Assembly: GCF_046119375.1 (NCBI RefSeq) | Contig: NW_027362764.1 | Span: 713,930,001 to 713,994,000, forward strand | Length of the DNA stretch: 64,000 nt | Direction of reading: 5' to 3' | Source of the DNA: Phyllobates terribilis | Taxonomy: Eukaryota | The notes under the pieces: model-generated | Database searches by the model: none | Told to the model about the DNA's origin: nothing | Seen by the model: only the letters and a program-made list of their open reading frames with translations | Translations under genes and position numbers: made by a program | Shown here: positions 41,166-54,065 of the stretch, in pieces | How positions within the stretch are numbered: the stretch's first letter is position 1 | Layout of the letters: each line of letters opens with the position of its first letter

Positions 41166-41864
41166 TGGGGCTGACAGGGAAGTAACAAAAGGGATCAACG
41201 TTTCTAGTTGCCATGCTATAACCAGTACTGATCACGGCTATAAGTGGCAAGATAGACATTTCAATATGTAAAAATAGAAAAAGCACATAACAGCATCCAT
41301 AGGGCCAAATAAGTACCAATTCAAATCATGCAAACGTAATCCTGATATACTAGGTAAGATGAAAAAGGCGTAGTATAGTATGCCCGCTGCAGCCAGACGT
41401 CGTACCAGAAGGTGGTCGAAGAAAAACAGAAAAATGTTCTCAGACACCAAAAGGTTTAGAGAGCAACTGCTGATCACAGCTTGCCTCCAGTAGGTTATAT
41501 TACACCAGGGGTAGACCTTTTTTTCTGCCAAGGGCCATTTGGATATTTCTACCATCATTCGGGGACCGTACAAAATTATTAACTTAAAAATTTGCCTCTA
41601 TATTTGGTAAAACATTTAAATTAACTCCCCCCTAATGTGATGGCTGCAGCTGCTTCTCTTTGATACGACTGTGATATTAGGTGGTAGTGATGATATCGCT
41701 ACTCGAAACTGCTTTTACAGGTTTGCATCAGTCTGGACTGCAGTCAACTCTGAGATGATAAGTTGTACCGAAGGTCTGCTGTATACACACACATCATACA
41801 TGTATGTATGTATGTATGTATGTATGTATGTATGTATGTATGTATGTATGTATGTATATATATA

Positions 41865-43475
41865 CAGTACAGACCAAAAGTTTGGACACACCTTCTCATT
41901 TAAAAGGTTTTTCTGTATTTTCATGACTATGAAAATTGTACATTCACACTGAAAGCATCAAAACTATGAATTAACACATGTGGAATTATATACTTAACAA
42001 AAAAGTGTGAAACAACTGAAAATATGTCTTATATTCTAGGTTCTTCAGAGTAGCCACCTTTTGCTTTGATGACTGCTTTGCACACTCTTAGCATTCTCTT
42101 GATGAGCTTCAAGAGGTAGTCACTGGAAATGGTCTTCCAACAATCTTGAAGGAGTTCCTAGAGATGCTTAGCACTTGTTGGCCCTTTTGCCTTCACTCTG
42201 CGGTCCAGCTCACCCCAAACCATCTCGATTGGGTTCAGGTCTGGTGACTGTGGAGGCCAGGTCATCTGGCGTAGCACCCCATCACTCTCCCTCTTTGTCA
42301 AATAGCCCTTACACAGCCTGGAGGTGTGTTTGGGGTCATTGTCCTGTTGAAAAATAAATGATGGTCCAACTAAACGCAAACCGGATGGAATAGCATGCCG
42401 CTGCAAGATGCTGTGGTAGCCATGCTGGTTCAGTATGCCTTCAATTTTGAATAAATCCCCAACAGTGTCACCAGCAAAGCACCCCCACACCATCACACCT
42501 CCTCCACCATGCTTCACGGTGGGAACCAGACATGTAGAGTCCATCCGTTCACCTTTTCTGCGTCGCACAAAGACACGGTGGTTGGAACCAAAGATGTTAA
42601 ATTTGGACTCATCAGACCAAAGCACAGATTTCCACTGGTCTAATGTCCATTCCTTGTGTTCTTTAGCCCAAACTAGAGACATCTTCTGCTTGTTGCCTGT
42701 CCTTAGCAGTGGTTTCCTAGCAGCTATTTTACCATGGAGGCCTGCTGCACAAAGTCTCCTCTTAACAGTTGTTGTAGAGATGTGTCTGCTGCTAGAACTC
42801 TGTGTGGCATTGACCTGGTCTCTAATCTGAGCTGCTGTTAACCTGCGATTTCTGAGGCTGGTGACTCGGATAAACCTATCCTCAGAAGCAGAGGTGACTC
42901 TTGGTCTTCCTTTCCTGGGGCGGTCCTCATGTGAGCCAGTTTCTTTGTAGCGCTTGATGGTTTTTGCAGCTGCACTTGGGGACACTTTCAAAGTTTGCCC
43001 AATTTTTCGGACTGACTGATCTTCATTTCTTAAAGTAATGATGGCCACTCGTTTTTCTTCCCATAATACAAATTCTAACAGTCTATTCAGTAGGACTATC
43101 AGCTGTGTATCCACCTGACTTCTGCACAACACAACTGATGGTCCCAACCCCATTTATAAGGCAAGAAATCCCACTTATTAAACCTGACAGGGCACACCTG
43201 TGAAGTGAAAACCATTTCCGGTGACTACCTCTTGAAGCTCAAGAGAATGCCAAGAGTGTGCAAAGCAGTCATCAAAGCAAAAGGTGGCTACTTTGAAGAA
43301 CCTAGAATATAAGACATATTTTCAGTTGTTTCACACTTTTTTGTTAAGTATATAATTCCACATGTGTTAATTCATAGTTTTGATGCCTTCAGTGTGAATG
43401 TAAAATTTTCATAGTCATGAAAATACAGAAAAATCTTTAAATGAGAAGGTGTGTCCAAACTTTTGGTCTGTACTG
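41865..43475 (-). mobile_element. DD38E copy 3, TA-flanked, next to a (TATG)n microsatellite
   Basis: Full TIRs; long ORF 42158-43153; a deletion just after the ATG puts it out of frame, and a TAG replaces W near the C-terminus. Confidence 0.93.
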
Positions 43476-43559
43476 TATATGCACACACACACACAAATAC
43501 ACACTAATGTATATATCTATCTCTCTCTATATCTATAAATACACTGAGACCCTGCTGTG

Positions 43560-43614
<55 letters not shown>

Positions 43615-43744
43615 CACCAAGACCCTGCTGTATATACACATCACATGGATACACCGAGACCCTGCTGTATATACACATCACATGGATACACCGAGGCCCT
43701 GCTATATACACATAATACAGGAGACACTGACTCTGCTGAATAAA

Positions 43745-44285
43745 CCGTATTTTTCAGATTATAAGACACTTTTTCCCCCCAAATTTGGGAGATTAATGGG
43801 AGTGCGTCTTATAATCCTAATGTAGTTTACCAGCTGCGGTGGAGAGGGGTCACAGGAGGCAGGGTCGCTGCTGCAGGAGGCCGGCGGCGACAGAAGTGGG
43901 GCGATGCTGCGGGCCCCGTGCTGCGAGGATGGGGTGTCCTGGCGGTGTGAGGCTGCGGGCCCTGGGTTTTCATAAAATGTTGACTCGTGAGTGGAGTCCC
44001 CTTCCCATTGATTTCCATGTGGTGGGCATCGGGAAAACGGCCACCGGAGATCTCACGACAACCCCTCCTGCCAGCACGAGCCCCAGAGCATTGCCCCACC
44101 CCTGCCGCAGGCCTCCTGCAGCAGCGCCCCGCCACCTGTGACCTCTCTCCACTGGTAAGCTACTGCAAAATCGAACTATAAAACGCACCACCATTTTATT
44201 TAAAAAATGTTTTTTTCCTATTTTCCTCCCCAAAATTTGGATTGTGTCTTATGGTCCGGTAAGTCTTATAGTCAGCAAAATACGG
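43745..44285. mobile_element. Non-autonomous Tc2/pogo-like element
   Basis: CCGTATTTTTCAGATTATAAGAC ... CTTATAGTCAGCAAAATACGG + TA termini; no ORF. Confidence 0.6.
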
Positions 44286-44705
44286 TATATCACATAGGAG
44301 ACACCGAGACTGCTGTATACATCACATAGGAGACACTGAAGCTACTATTTATACATCACACAGGACAGGAGCGCAGAGTGCACTAACTCTGCCAACAAAG
44401 AACGTCCTGAAATCTCATGTATGGACAGCTTTAATACGAGCACAGTGTTCATAGCTTTAAGGCAGGAATGTGATTGTTTTAGTTCCTTTACCGGTATAGA
44501 AAGAGTCTGTATGTGGGAATACGGCGCTTCTCAGGACCTAAAGTAATTTTCCGACATAGGGACCATGCCATTAGCTTGTAAATTTACACTTTGTGGGCCG
44601 GAAAGGGTTTAAATGGTGTATCCAGGCTTTAGGATAAGTGGTGTAAAATGAAATAATGTATAAAGCCATCGCAATGTACAGTAAGTAATAAAATGCAACC
44701 CTTAC

Positions 44706-44829
44706 CAGTAGTCGGTCTGAACCGGATGGAAGCATTGGCTGAAGGTTGCGCAGCTTCTACCTTAGCAGATTTTAGCTCATCTCCACAGCTTCTTACAAAG
44801 TCTTCTGAAGATACATTGTCATTCTTGGG
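44706..44829 (-). CDS. RAD54B: RAD54B exon 3 (PKNDNVSSEDF...RFRPTT), poorly conserved linker
   Basis: 124-nt open exon, phase 0 to phase 1, fitting both neighbours; donor G|GTAAG; acceptor AAG after a T-rich tract. Little similarity to recalled orthologues. Confidence 0.7.
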
Positions 44830-45082
44830 CTTTATCAGAGAAACAAAAAAATATTATGATTATGGTTCTAAGAGGAGAAAAAAAAATACGTATACACAGT
44901 ATATAGATGTATGCATATCAGATGGGTGATGTAATCGCAATCCTTTCACAGTCTGCTTTTTGGAATGGAAGCTTCGGCTTCAAAAAGAAGGAATATATTA
45001 GGAAATGGATTTTAAAGGGGTTGTCCAAGCTTGGGCTCAAGTCAGCATCCCCACTGACCAGCTAAAACGAGATCCAGGAGAA

Positions 45083-45381
45083 CACGGAGCCGGACCGGAG
45101 GAGCGCACGGAGCCGGACCGGAGGAGCGCACGGAGCCGGACCGGAGGAGCGCACGGAGCCGGACCGGAGGAGCGCACGGAGCCGGACCGGAGGAGCGCAC
45201 GGAGCCGGACCGGAGGAGCGCACGGAGCCGGACCGGAGGAGCGCACGGAGCCGGACCGGAGGAGCGCACGGAGCCGGACCGGAGGAGCGCACGGAGCCGG
45301 ACCGGAGGAGCGCACGGAGCCAGACCGGAGGAGCGCACGGAGCCAGACCGGAGGAGCGCACGGAGCCGGACCGGAGGAGCG
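45083..45381. repeat. 23-bp CpG-rich tandem array, about 13 copies, in RAD54B intron 2
   Basis: Unit GAGCGCACGGAGCCGGACCGGAG. Confidence 0.95.
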
Positions 45382-45710
45382 CTATACACAATGTAATTCT
45401 TGGGTGCTGCTGCTGCTCAGTTCCTATTTAACTTGTTTCATTTTCTGATATTCATGATATTAGGCAAAAAATGTGGGGGTTTTTATGCCAGATTTGCCAC
45501 TTTTCTGAAAAGAGGTAGAGTTTTGAGATGATGGAATTTGGGGCATCTTACTCCAGCAGACTTTTCTTCCAGACTGGTGTATAAAATGCAAGTCATTGCC
45601 AAACATTATTTACAAAAACTTACTAATAGTGATATTTTGGAGGAACTGATTATATTTTACAGGTCCGTACAAAATACTCGGCCTTCATAGAGGACGCCTG
45701 CTGTCATTAC

Positions 45711-45833
45711 CTGTAATGCGGGAGTCACAATTCCCACATTCGGACGTGTATTCAGTATGACAGGTGGGACAAAGCGCGGCCTTTTTGATGCATTGCCCGC
45801 GAGTTGTTGGCTCGGAGCTGCTGACCGCCTCAT
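45711..45833 (-). CDS. RAD54B: RAD54B coding exon 1 (exon 2), MRRSAAPSQQLAGNASKRPRFVPP...ALQ
   Basis: Hand translation matches the recalled RAD54B N-terminus (MRRSAAPSQ); acceptor TTTCAG at 45845, ATG 45833, donor CAG|GTAATG, phase 0. Confidence 0.92.
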
Positions 45834-47662
45834 AGTGAGATAGTCTGAAATAATAATACATCATTATACCACAGAAGCAATTATACAATAAGGCTACTTT
45901 GCACAAAGATGAATATTTGCATAGCTAAATGAAAAATCAAGGATTGTTGTTTTGGGCTTTTTCTATATTTTTTTCCCATAAGGCATTATTTCCCTTGTTC
46001 ATAGAATGGATGTGTCACCAGGTGAATAATTTCCTTTAAGCCATGCATTTTTTAGGACTCTGGTTTGGGGTCTATATTTGTTTAGGGAATATGGTCAAGG
46101 GCCCGTTTTTTTTTTAACTGTGTATATTTTTTTAGAAGGGTATGTATTTTTAAGTCTGGTCTAGGTGGGCTATAATTTTTTTTTAAGGTTTATTATAGGG
46201 TCTGCTTTCGGTTCAGGGGCCAGGTCTGTATTTTTAATCATTGTATTTTTGGTCTGGGGCTGTATTTATTTATGGGGTCTGCATTGGTCTATCTGTTAAC
46301 TGGTCCTGATTGTTGTTTTTTTTGTTTTGTTTTAAGGAGTCAGGACCGGGGTCTCTTCACTTCCAGACTGCTAGTAGACTATAAATGTCCTGTCGGTCAG
46401 CGCTCTAAAACATCACTGCAGAGTAAAGCAGGTGCATGTGATCGAACAACTTCAGGAGCTGACTGTTAGGTACGCCCCAGGCCATAACCCCCAGTTCAGC
46501 TCCGGCCCGTACTGAACCAGGCACATGTCAGCTGATTTATACAGCTGACATGTGCCCACAACAGCCACGGGTGGAATTGTGATCCACTCCCGGCTGTTAA
46601 CCAGTTAAACGTCGCTGTCAGAGGCTGTCAATCTCTGACAGCGGCATGTAACATCGCCGCACTAGAAGTGCGGCATTAGCCCCGCCCATCGGTGAATCTG
46701 TCATATGATCGTGGGTCACCGATGGGTGGGCATGACAACCCGGGGTCTGCAGCAGACCCCTGTGGTTGTCATGTCTCGACTGCTATGAGCGCCACCCAGT
46801 GGTCAGCGTTCATAGCAAGTGAGCATTTCAGCTGCATACAAGCGATCTGCTCATCACTTGTATGCAGCAGAGGCAATCTGACAACTGCTACTTCTCCTAT
46901 GGAAACTATTGAAGCATGCAGAAAGTGTAAAAAAAAATGTTTTAAAAAATATTATTAAACAAAATAAAAAATATATAAAACATTTCAATCACTGCCCTTT
47001 CACACCATTCAAAATAAAGTAATAAAAAAACGCCATACACACATATTTGGTATCGCCACGTTCAGAATCGCCCGATCTAACAATATAAAAAAAGAATTAA
47101 TCCGATCGGTAAACGGCGCAACGAGAAAAAAAATTCTAAACGCCAGAATTACGTTTTTTTGGTCATCGCAACATTGCAATAAAATGCAATAACAGGCGAT
47201 TAAAACATCGGATCTACCCCAAAATGGTATCAATAAAAACGTCAGCCCGGCGCGCAAAAAATAAGCCCTCACCAGGCCCCAGAGCCCGAAAAATGGCACC
47301 ATTTTTTTTTTTTTTTTTTTCATTGGGGGGAGGGAGGGGGCTCGGCTCTGGGGCCTCCCGGCTTAGGGAGTCTGGGATTTGTATGTGTTTAGGTGGGTCT
47401 GGTCTGCAGTATTGCAGAAGGTCTGATCTGGGGTCTGCACTTATTTCGGGGGCCGCTCTGGGGTCTCTGTTTGGCAGCAGCTTTCTCTCCCTGATGTTGG
47501 TCTGATCACTGGTCCCAGCAGTTACTACTATGACCCATCACTCAGGACCAGATCCATCTCTCTCAGACTGAAGAGAAGTAGGCAGAGGCCACCAGACGTG
47601 TGGAGATGCGGGGCCTCCATGACAGTGACAGAGCCTGTGCACCTGAACCGCAGCGCACTCAC

Positions 47663-47790
47663 CGGGAGCCGCAGAGACTTCTCCACCAGCCGCAGTCACC
47701 GCTCAAACCTCCCTCTCTCCCAGCATGCACCGCGACCCGCCAATTCCCTCAGTCACTACAAGAGGAGGCGAACAGCGCGCGAAATAAAGT
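47663..47790 (-). other. RAD54B: Probable non-coding first exon (5' UTR) of RAD54B; 5' boundary approximate
   Basis: Donor CCG|GTGAGTGC at 47663/47662 on the minus strand in a CpG-rich stretch just downstream of E2F and X-box motifs; the next exon (45844) begins with 11 nt of UTR before the ATG. Confidence 0.55.
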
Positions 47791-47975
47791 TTATTGAAAA
47801 AAAAAAATCTGTGTTCGCTAGTTACTATGGCAACTAGCTGCGACGTGTGCGTACGGATGACCCACATAGAGGTTATTGAAGGTGGGGGCACCTCTAGTTA
47901 CCATAGCAACGGACTGCAAGTGGGCATAAAACTTCATTGTAAAAAGTGTTTTTAAGAGCGAAATGGCGTCACACT
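47770..47975. promoter_or_regulatory. RAD54B promoter, possibly bidirectional: E2F site GCGCGAAA (47777-47784) and two RFX X-boxes (47821-47834, 47897-47910)
   Basis: GTTACTATGGCAAC and GTTACCATAGCAAC both fit the X-box consensus GTTNCYATRGCAAC; they lie just upstream of the RAD54B exon 1 donor and on the 5' side of the divergent RING gene. Confidence 0.65.
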
Positions 47976-48717
47976 TGTAATTGTAGTGAAGGGGAAGCAC
48001 AGGAGCCTGTGCGCTGTATGGCCCCAGACCAGGCGGCCAAAGACTTAGGCCACGGCCCCACTATCAGTATTCGGTCAGTATTTTTTCTCAGGAGTGGGAG
48101 CCAAAATCAGATGAGGAACAATCAGAGAAAAGGTCTAATAGAAACAAGTCACCAATTCTGTATATAAAAAAATACTGACCGAATACTGAAAGTGGGGCCG
48201 TGGCCATAGAATTGATCACATTATCAATGCAGGAAAGCGATTGGAGCATGGCTGCCTCGTAAAGGTCACATTGCAGATTGCTTTCCTCTTGTTAATGGCC
48301 GCACAGTCATTAGCACAGGAGGAGCCGAGTCTTAGGCCGGGTTCAGACGGCCGAATCTCACAGTCCGTATTTGTGCACAATGCCCGGCGAGTGTATATAC
48401 ATATACACCTTAGGGCACATTGTAAAAAAATAAAAAACAAGCAAAAACTATATATGGTCCGGTGAATAAAAAAAGAATATCAAAATTAAGAAAATGTATC
48501 CTATATATTTAACGTAAAAACCTGATAACCAATAGTCCATTGTATGATAACAGATTTAGCTCATGGTTTACGCATCTATTGATGTATAACGACATATGCC
48601 ACACATTGGCAACTAGCCAATAAAATTTACAAAAAATTATACCGCGCAGAATATATATATATATATTTTAATGGTCCACTATATTGGAAAGTACTGTCTG
48701 CTGCGCTTGCTCTAGAC

Positions 48718-49133
48718 CAGAGGTCCTCAACATTTTTGACCTTGAGAGCCACATTCAGCCATAAAAGAGGGTCACGAGCCACATCCTGCTCATTGCCCAC
48801 TCACAGTAGTGACACCCAGAGACCCCTATTACTGGTATAATGACAGCCAAAGCTTTTCCACTGAAATCGCACCAAGGCAGTAGATCAAGCTCCAGGGTTT
48901 CCTATCTTAACCCCATTCAGATCTGCTCCTCTGTGCAGGGCTACATATAAAAGACTTCATCTAGAGATCTGTTCTTAAAGGGCTACATATAAAAGACTTC
49001 ATCTAGAGATCTGTTCTTAATGGCTGTTTGCTACACATGGAGCTAATGCACCAAGCTGGTAGACAGCAGCGAGCCACACATCATGGGCCCGCCAACTACA
49101 TGTGGCTCTAGAGTTACAGGTTGGGGACACCTA
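48718..49133. mobile_element. hAT-like non-autonomous element
   Basis: CAGAGGTCCTCAAC / GTTGGGGACACCT termini; imperfect 8-bp flanks; internal tandem duplication of about 39 bp. Confidence 0.45.
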
Positions 49134-49980
49134 ATCTACACAGTGAGAGAAAAAAGCAGTTTGAATGAGTTGGGTGAATAGTAACCTACCTCTACTTTCT
49201 ACTAGGTTTCCCAGCATACATTAAATGTCTCTAAGGACAGGTGCAGACGATCGTATTTTCGGTCCGAGTGCGATTCAGCAAAACATCAGATTGCATTCAG
49301 TCCAATGTTATTCTATGGGGCCGTGCACGTCCATTTTTCTCCTCAGACAGAGCTTGTCCAAGGAAAAAATTGCTGCATGCCCGAGTTGGATTCAATATTC
49401 GGATCGCACTCGGCCATGAAAGTCAACGGGTCCATGAAAAACATTGGACTGCACTTGGATGTCATCTGAGTGGGGTCTGATTTTCACGGACTAACAGAAT
49501 GGAGAAGATGGAGAATTTGATCAGCATGTGTGATCAGCCTAATTGGCCCAATTTTCTCGGATGAGAGAATATACACTGGAGGCACAAAAAAACCCAGTCT
49601 GCATTGGTCATTTAACTCAACTCCGCTGCCGACTGTCAGCCGAGAAATGCGCTAGGTGCCTATGTACCTGGTGGTGGGTCTCAGTTGTCTGATCCACATG
49701 ACCGAACATTTTTGCGTATCCGGCGGATATGTCATAAAAGATATTAATGTTAACAAAAATTAGATTTATTTTTGGATGCTCAATTTTAAGTTTTCTTTGC
49801 CACTCAGGAGAGATCATGGAGCGGCCCATTCTTTGCTTCTAGCCATGTATGACGGTGCAGAATCTTACTATCCAGGGATTTGTTTTCCAAGTGAACAGTG
49901 GTGTATTGTGTAGTGAGCTCAGGCCGCGGCTGTCCGGTCTCATAGGAAACACATGTGATCTTCTTTCTTTGTCTTCACAG

Positions 49981-50072
49981 GAAGGGAATAGCATTCCAGT
50001 GAGGCACCTCTGCCAGTGTCACCCAGTCCCCGTCCTAGCCTTGATCTCACAGCCTTCCATCACTTTCACTGG
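49981..50072 (+). other. Probable non-coding 5' UTR exon of the RING gene
   Basis: Strong acceptor CTTCTTTCTTTGTCTTCACAG and donor TGG|GTAAGT around 92 nt of unique sequence, upstream of the ATG exon at 54058. Confidence 0.55.
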
Positions 50073-51489
50073 GTAAGTGGTTTCCACTAATATTCCTTAT
50101 CCCATCACAGGACAAGAACTTCGTCTTCATGTTATAACATCAACCGTAATGAGGTCGTCACGTCATGGATGAGAACTGTCACGTGAGTGATTTATTTACA
50201 CATGGGTGTATCATTATCTGATGGAGGAATATATGCCTCCTGACGCCATGGCTCCACAGCAAAAGAACTTGATTGATATTTGCAAAAGCACGTTCACATT
50301 ACAATACAGCGTGATATTTCCCCCGACTTAAAGAATTGCCATCATTTACACTTTTTTTTTCTCATAAATCAATAGTACGCCTGAAAATAAGAAACTTTGT
50401 AATGTATCTTAATAGAGAAATCCACTTCTTTCTCCTCCTGGACTGATCATTCGTTCTCAAAATACAGACCTTCCCATTACTGAGATAGGAGATGACAATT
50501 GGTGCTCATAAAGTTCTATGGAGAACTGTAAGTGTTTTTGGAGAACTTGCAGCAGAATGTCCATGTATCTCTAGCTCCTCCCTCTTCTCCATAGAATCTT
50601 CTAAGCACCAACGTGTATCTCCTATTTCAGTAATTGAGAGTGAAAGATCAGTCCAGGAGGTGAAAGAAGCAGATTTCTCTCATAAAATATATTACAAAAT
50701 TGTGTATTTTCTTGTGTACTATTGATTTATGAAATAAAATTTAAAACAACAGTTACTCTTTAGATTTTTGGGGACAAATGGCATTGCCTGTGTATATGAG
50801 ATATCATTATAAGCAATTTTGCAATAGTATTAAATTTAATGTGACAAATTAAACATATTGTCCGTCCATAATGACTGAAGATATTGCATGTGACATTGCA
50901 GAATCACAAGTGAATATAACAAGTGATATGACATTGTGGAGCTCTGGCCTAAGGGTGATAGTCATTTAGTAAGTAGGAAAATAATATTTCATTGGCTAAA
51001 CAAACCTCTCACTCTATATTGCAGCTTGATGTACTATTGACTTGTGCTGACAAGTGGCTCTATGCCCTACATGTATTGAGGTACACTATGTGGACAAAAT
51101 TGTTGGAACACACATCTTTATCATCGAGTTCAGGTTAATCATTTAGTCTCATTGCTCCTGGTGTATAATGTCCGGCAAACAAAAAGGTGTCCAGCTCCAG
51201 GATCCGAGCAATCGAAACGCGTTGCTGAAAATGTCCTAGTAACAGCTATTCAATTGCACCTGTACCTCACTTTTATTTATTCATTCCTTCATTTTTGGAT
51301 GGAGTAATTTTTATGATTTTTTTCTAATAAAGTTGCTATTTTAAAATGTTCCTGTTTCCTCGGATCCTGGAGCTGGATACCTTTTTGTTTTCTTCAGTAT
51401 TATTGGCGTCTGGTCAGGACGAATTTCCGTGCTCCATTCTTCGGATTGCTCAGGTGAGCTGGCTGAAACTTTTTATATACTAAGTATAA

Positions 51490-52670
51490 TGTCCAGCCCC
51501 CTTGTCCCCGGTGTATAACATCTGACTCCATTGCCCTCGGTGTATAACTTCCGGCCCCCTTATCTCCGGTGTATAACATCTGGCTCCTCCATTGCCCTCG
51601 GTGTATAAAATCCGGCCCCATTGCCCTCGATGTATAACATCCGGCCCCATTATCCTCGGTGTATAACATCCGGCCCCATTATCCTCGGTGTATAACATCC
51701 GGCCCCATTATCCTCGGTGTATAACATCCGGCCCCCTTGTTCCCGGTGTATAACATAAGACCCCATTGCCCTTGGTGTATAACATCCGGTCTCCTTGTCC
51801 TCGGGGTATAACATCTGGCTCCATTGCCCCCAGGTTATAACATCTGGCCCAATTGCCCCCGGGGTATAACATCCAGCCCCACCGCCCTTGGTGTATAACA
51901 TCCAGCTACATTTGCCCCCAGTATATACTGTAACATCCGGCTTCATTGCCCTTGGTCTATAACATCCAGCTCCATTTGCCCCAGTGTCTAATATCTGGCT
52001 TCATTGCCCCCAGTGTATAACATCAGGCCCCATCTCCCTCAATGTATAACATCCGGCCCCATTGCCCCCGGTGTATAACATTCGGCCCCATTGCCTTCGG
52101 TGAATAATATCTGGCCCCATTGCCCTCGGTGTATAACATCCGGCCCCGTAGCCTTCGGTGAATAATATCTGGCCCCATTGCCCTCGGTGTATAACATGTG
52201 GCCTATTTGCCCCCAGTATGTAACAACCGGCTTCGTTGCCCCCCGAGTATAACATCCAGCTCCATTTGCCCCCAATATATAACATCCGGCTTCGTTGCCC
52301 CTGGTGTATAACATCCAGCTCCATTTGCCCCCAATATATAACATCCGGCTTAGTTGCCCCTGGTGTATAACATCCAGCTCCATTTGCCCCAGTATATAAC
52401 ATCCGGCTTCATTGCCCCTGGTGTATAACATCCAGCTCCATTTGCCCCCAATATATAACATCCGTCTTAGTTGCCCCTGGTGTATAACATCCAGCTCAAT
52501 TTGCCCCAGTATATAACATCCGGCTTCGTTGCCCCTGGTGTATAACATCCAGCTCCATTTGCCCCAGTGTCTAATGTCTGGCTTCATTGCCCCCAGTGTA
52601 TAACATCCGGCCCCATCGCCCTCGATGTATATCATCTCGTCCCTCGCCCCCCAGTGTATAACATACGGCC
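51490..52670. repeat. Minisatellite, unit about 30 bp (GTGTATAACATCCGGCCCCATTGCCCTCG)
   Basis: Directly visible degenerate tandem array. Confidence 0.9.
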
Positions 52671-52859
52671 CTTCGCATTGCCACCTGCCTTTACTAACAT
52701 GTGACTTTGGAGCTACAAACCTAATCTGGCTTTAACTCCATTACAAAATCTGTGTGCTGAGAGCTATATTATATGGGTCTCCATGACCAAGCAGCTGCAT
52801 GCAGCCTTACATCACCAAGCACAATTCCAAGTATTGGATGGAGTGATGTAAAGCCGCCA

Positions 52860-53090
52860 CCACTGGACTCTGGAGGAAGCGTGTTCTGTGCAGTGACGGA
52901 TCACACTTCTCTATCCGGCATCTGATGGATGAGTTTGGGATTGGCGAATGCCAGAACATTACCTGCCTGACTGCATTGTGCCAGATATAAAGTTTGGTGG
53001 AGGAGGGATCAAGCTACGGGGTTGTTTCCAAGGGTTTGACCTCGGCCCCTTAGTTCCTGTGAAGGGAAATCTTAATGCTTCAGTATAAAA
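52860..53090 (+). mobile_element. Tc1 transposase remnant
   Basis: Degenerate frames resemble WKRVLWSD...CIVP.VKFGGGGI..WGCF...[11 protein letters not shown]. Confidence 0.6.
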
Positions 53091-54065
53091 ATAAATAGCC
53101 CAAAGATAGCCATACACAAAAGAGATAAGCTGGACGATCCTGATGATTTCGGCCGGACCACCTAACCCTCTAATGTATATAGGATGACACATTGTCCGGC
53201 CACAGTACATATTGGGGGAAGAAATCCCCCTTGCTCAATCCTTTGTTCTCACATGAGAGTTACCGCCAGCCTCCCCATATTCCCCTCTCCCCATTAGTGG
53301 TGATGAGATGAATAGCGGTCAGTGCTATTGTAAGTATATGGGCACCATTAGGCTGGATTCACTATGTATTTTTTTTTGGGGGGGGGTTCTTATCCCAAAA
53401 AAAGCTAAGGCTATATGTTTTCTGTTTGGAAATTAGGAAATTCTCAACACATTTTTCATTTTGGTATGTGGCTTTTTTCCTCATTTGCTATGAGAATCAT
53501 TTTTGAAGACGTTCTCCATCTCTCTTTCCCACAAAATAACAGCAAAAACCACAAACAACTGCACTGTATGTGTTAACTTTTATGCAGTTTTCATGTCATT
53601 TTTAGCCCACCCCTTCTAAAATGTAAAGGGGTCCATAGAGTATATTTAGATGCAACAGAATATTTTCATTTCAGAACATTATATTTGTGAAAATCCTGAA
53701 AAAAAACATCCATGACAGAGGGGGAATTGTGGGAAATTAAAAATCCGTAAAATACCCCAAAATCTGCATGGGTTTTAGGGCATGCTGTGTGTGAATTAGG
53801 TTCTGTAAAACCTTATTTACTTTTTTTTTTTACTGTAATTTGTTGAGGATTTTACACCTAAAATCCACACTGAATTTTCACAACAACTGAACATGATGGA
53901 GGAAAGTTCGGATCGAAAGTCAGGAAGTGAATCTTTTTAATTGGGGCTACAAATGCCCAGGTCACGGTACAACGTCCAGAGAGTATGACAAATGGATCAG
54001 GATTAGAGGGACACATTGCAATCTTGTAGGGTTTCTAATACATTCCATTTATTTCAGACATAGTG

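Noticed and set aside
44830-44867. Stronger-looking acceptor (TTTTCTCCTCTTAG) 38 nt upstream of RAD54B exon 3
   Set aside because: All three frames from it hit a stop; kept only as a possible poison acceptor, with no supporting evidence.
51181-51385. Inverted repeat with CGAAACGCGTT
   Set aside because: No CUGANGA strand is present, so it is not a ribozyme; probably a decayed repeat inside a Tc1 remnant.
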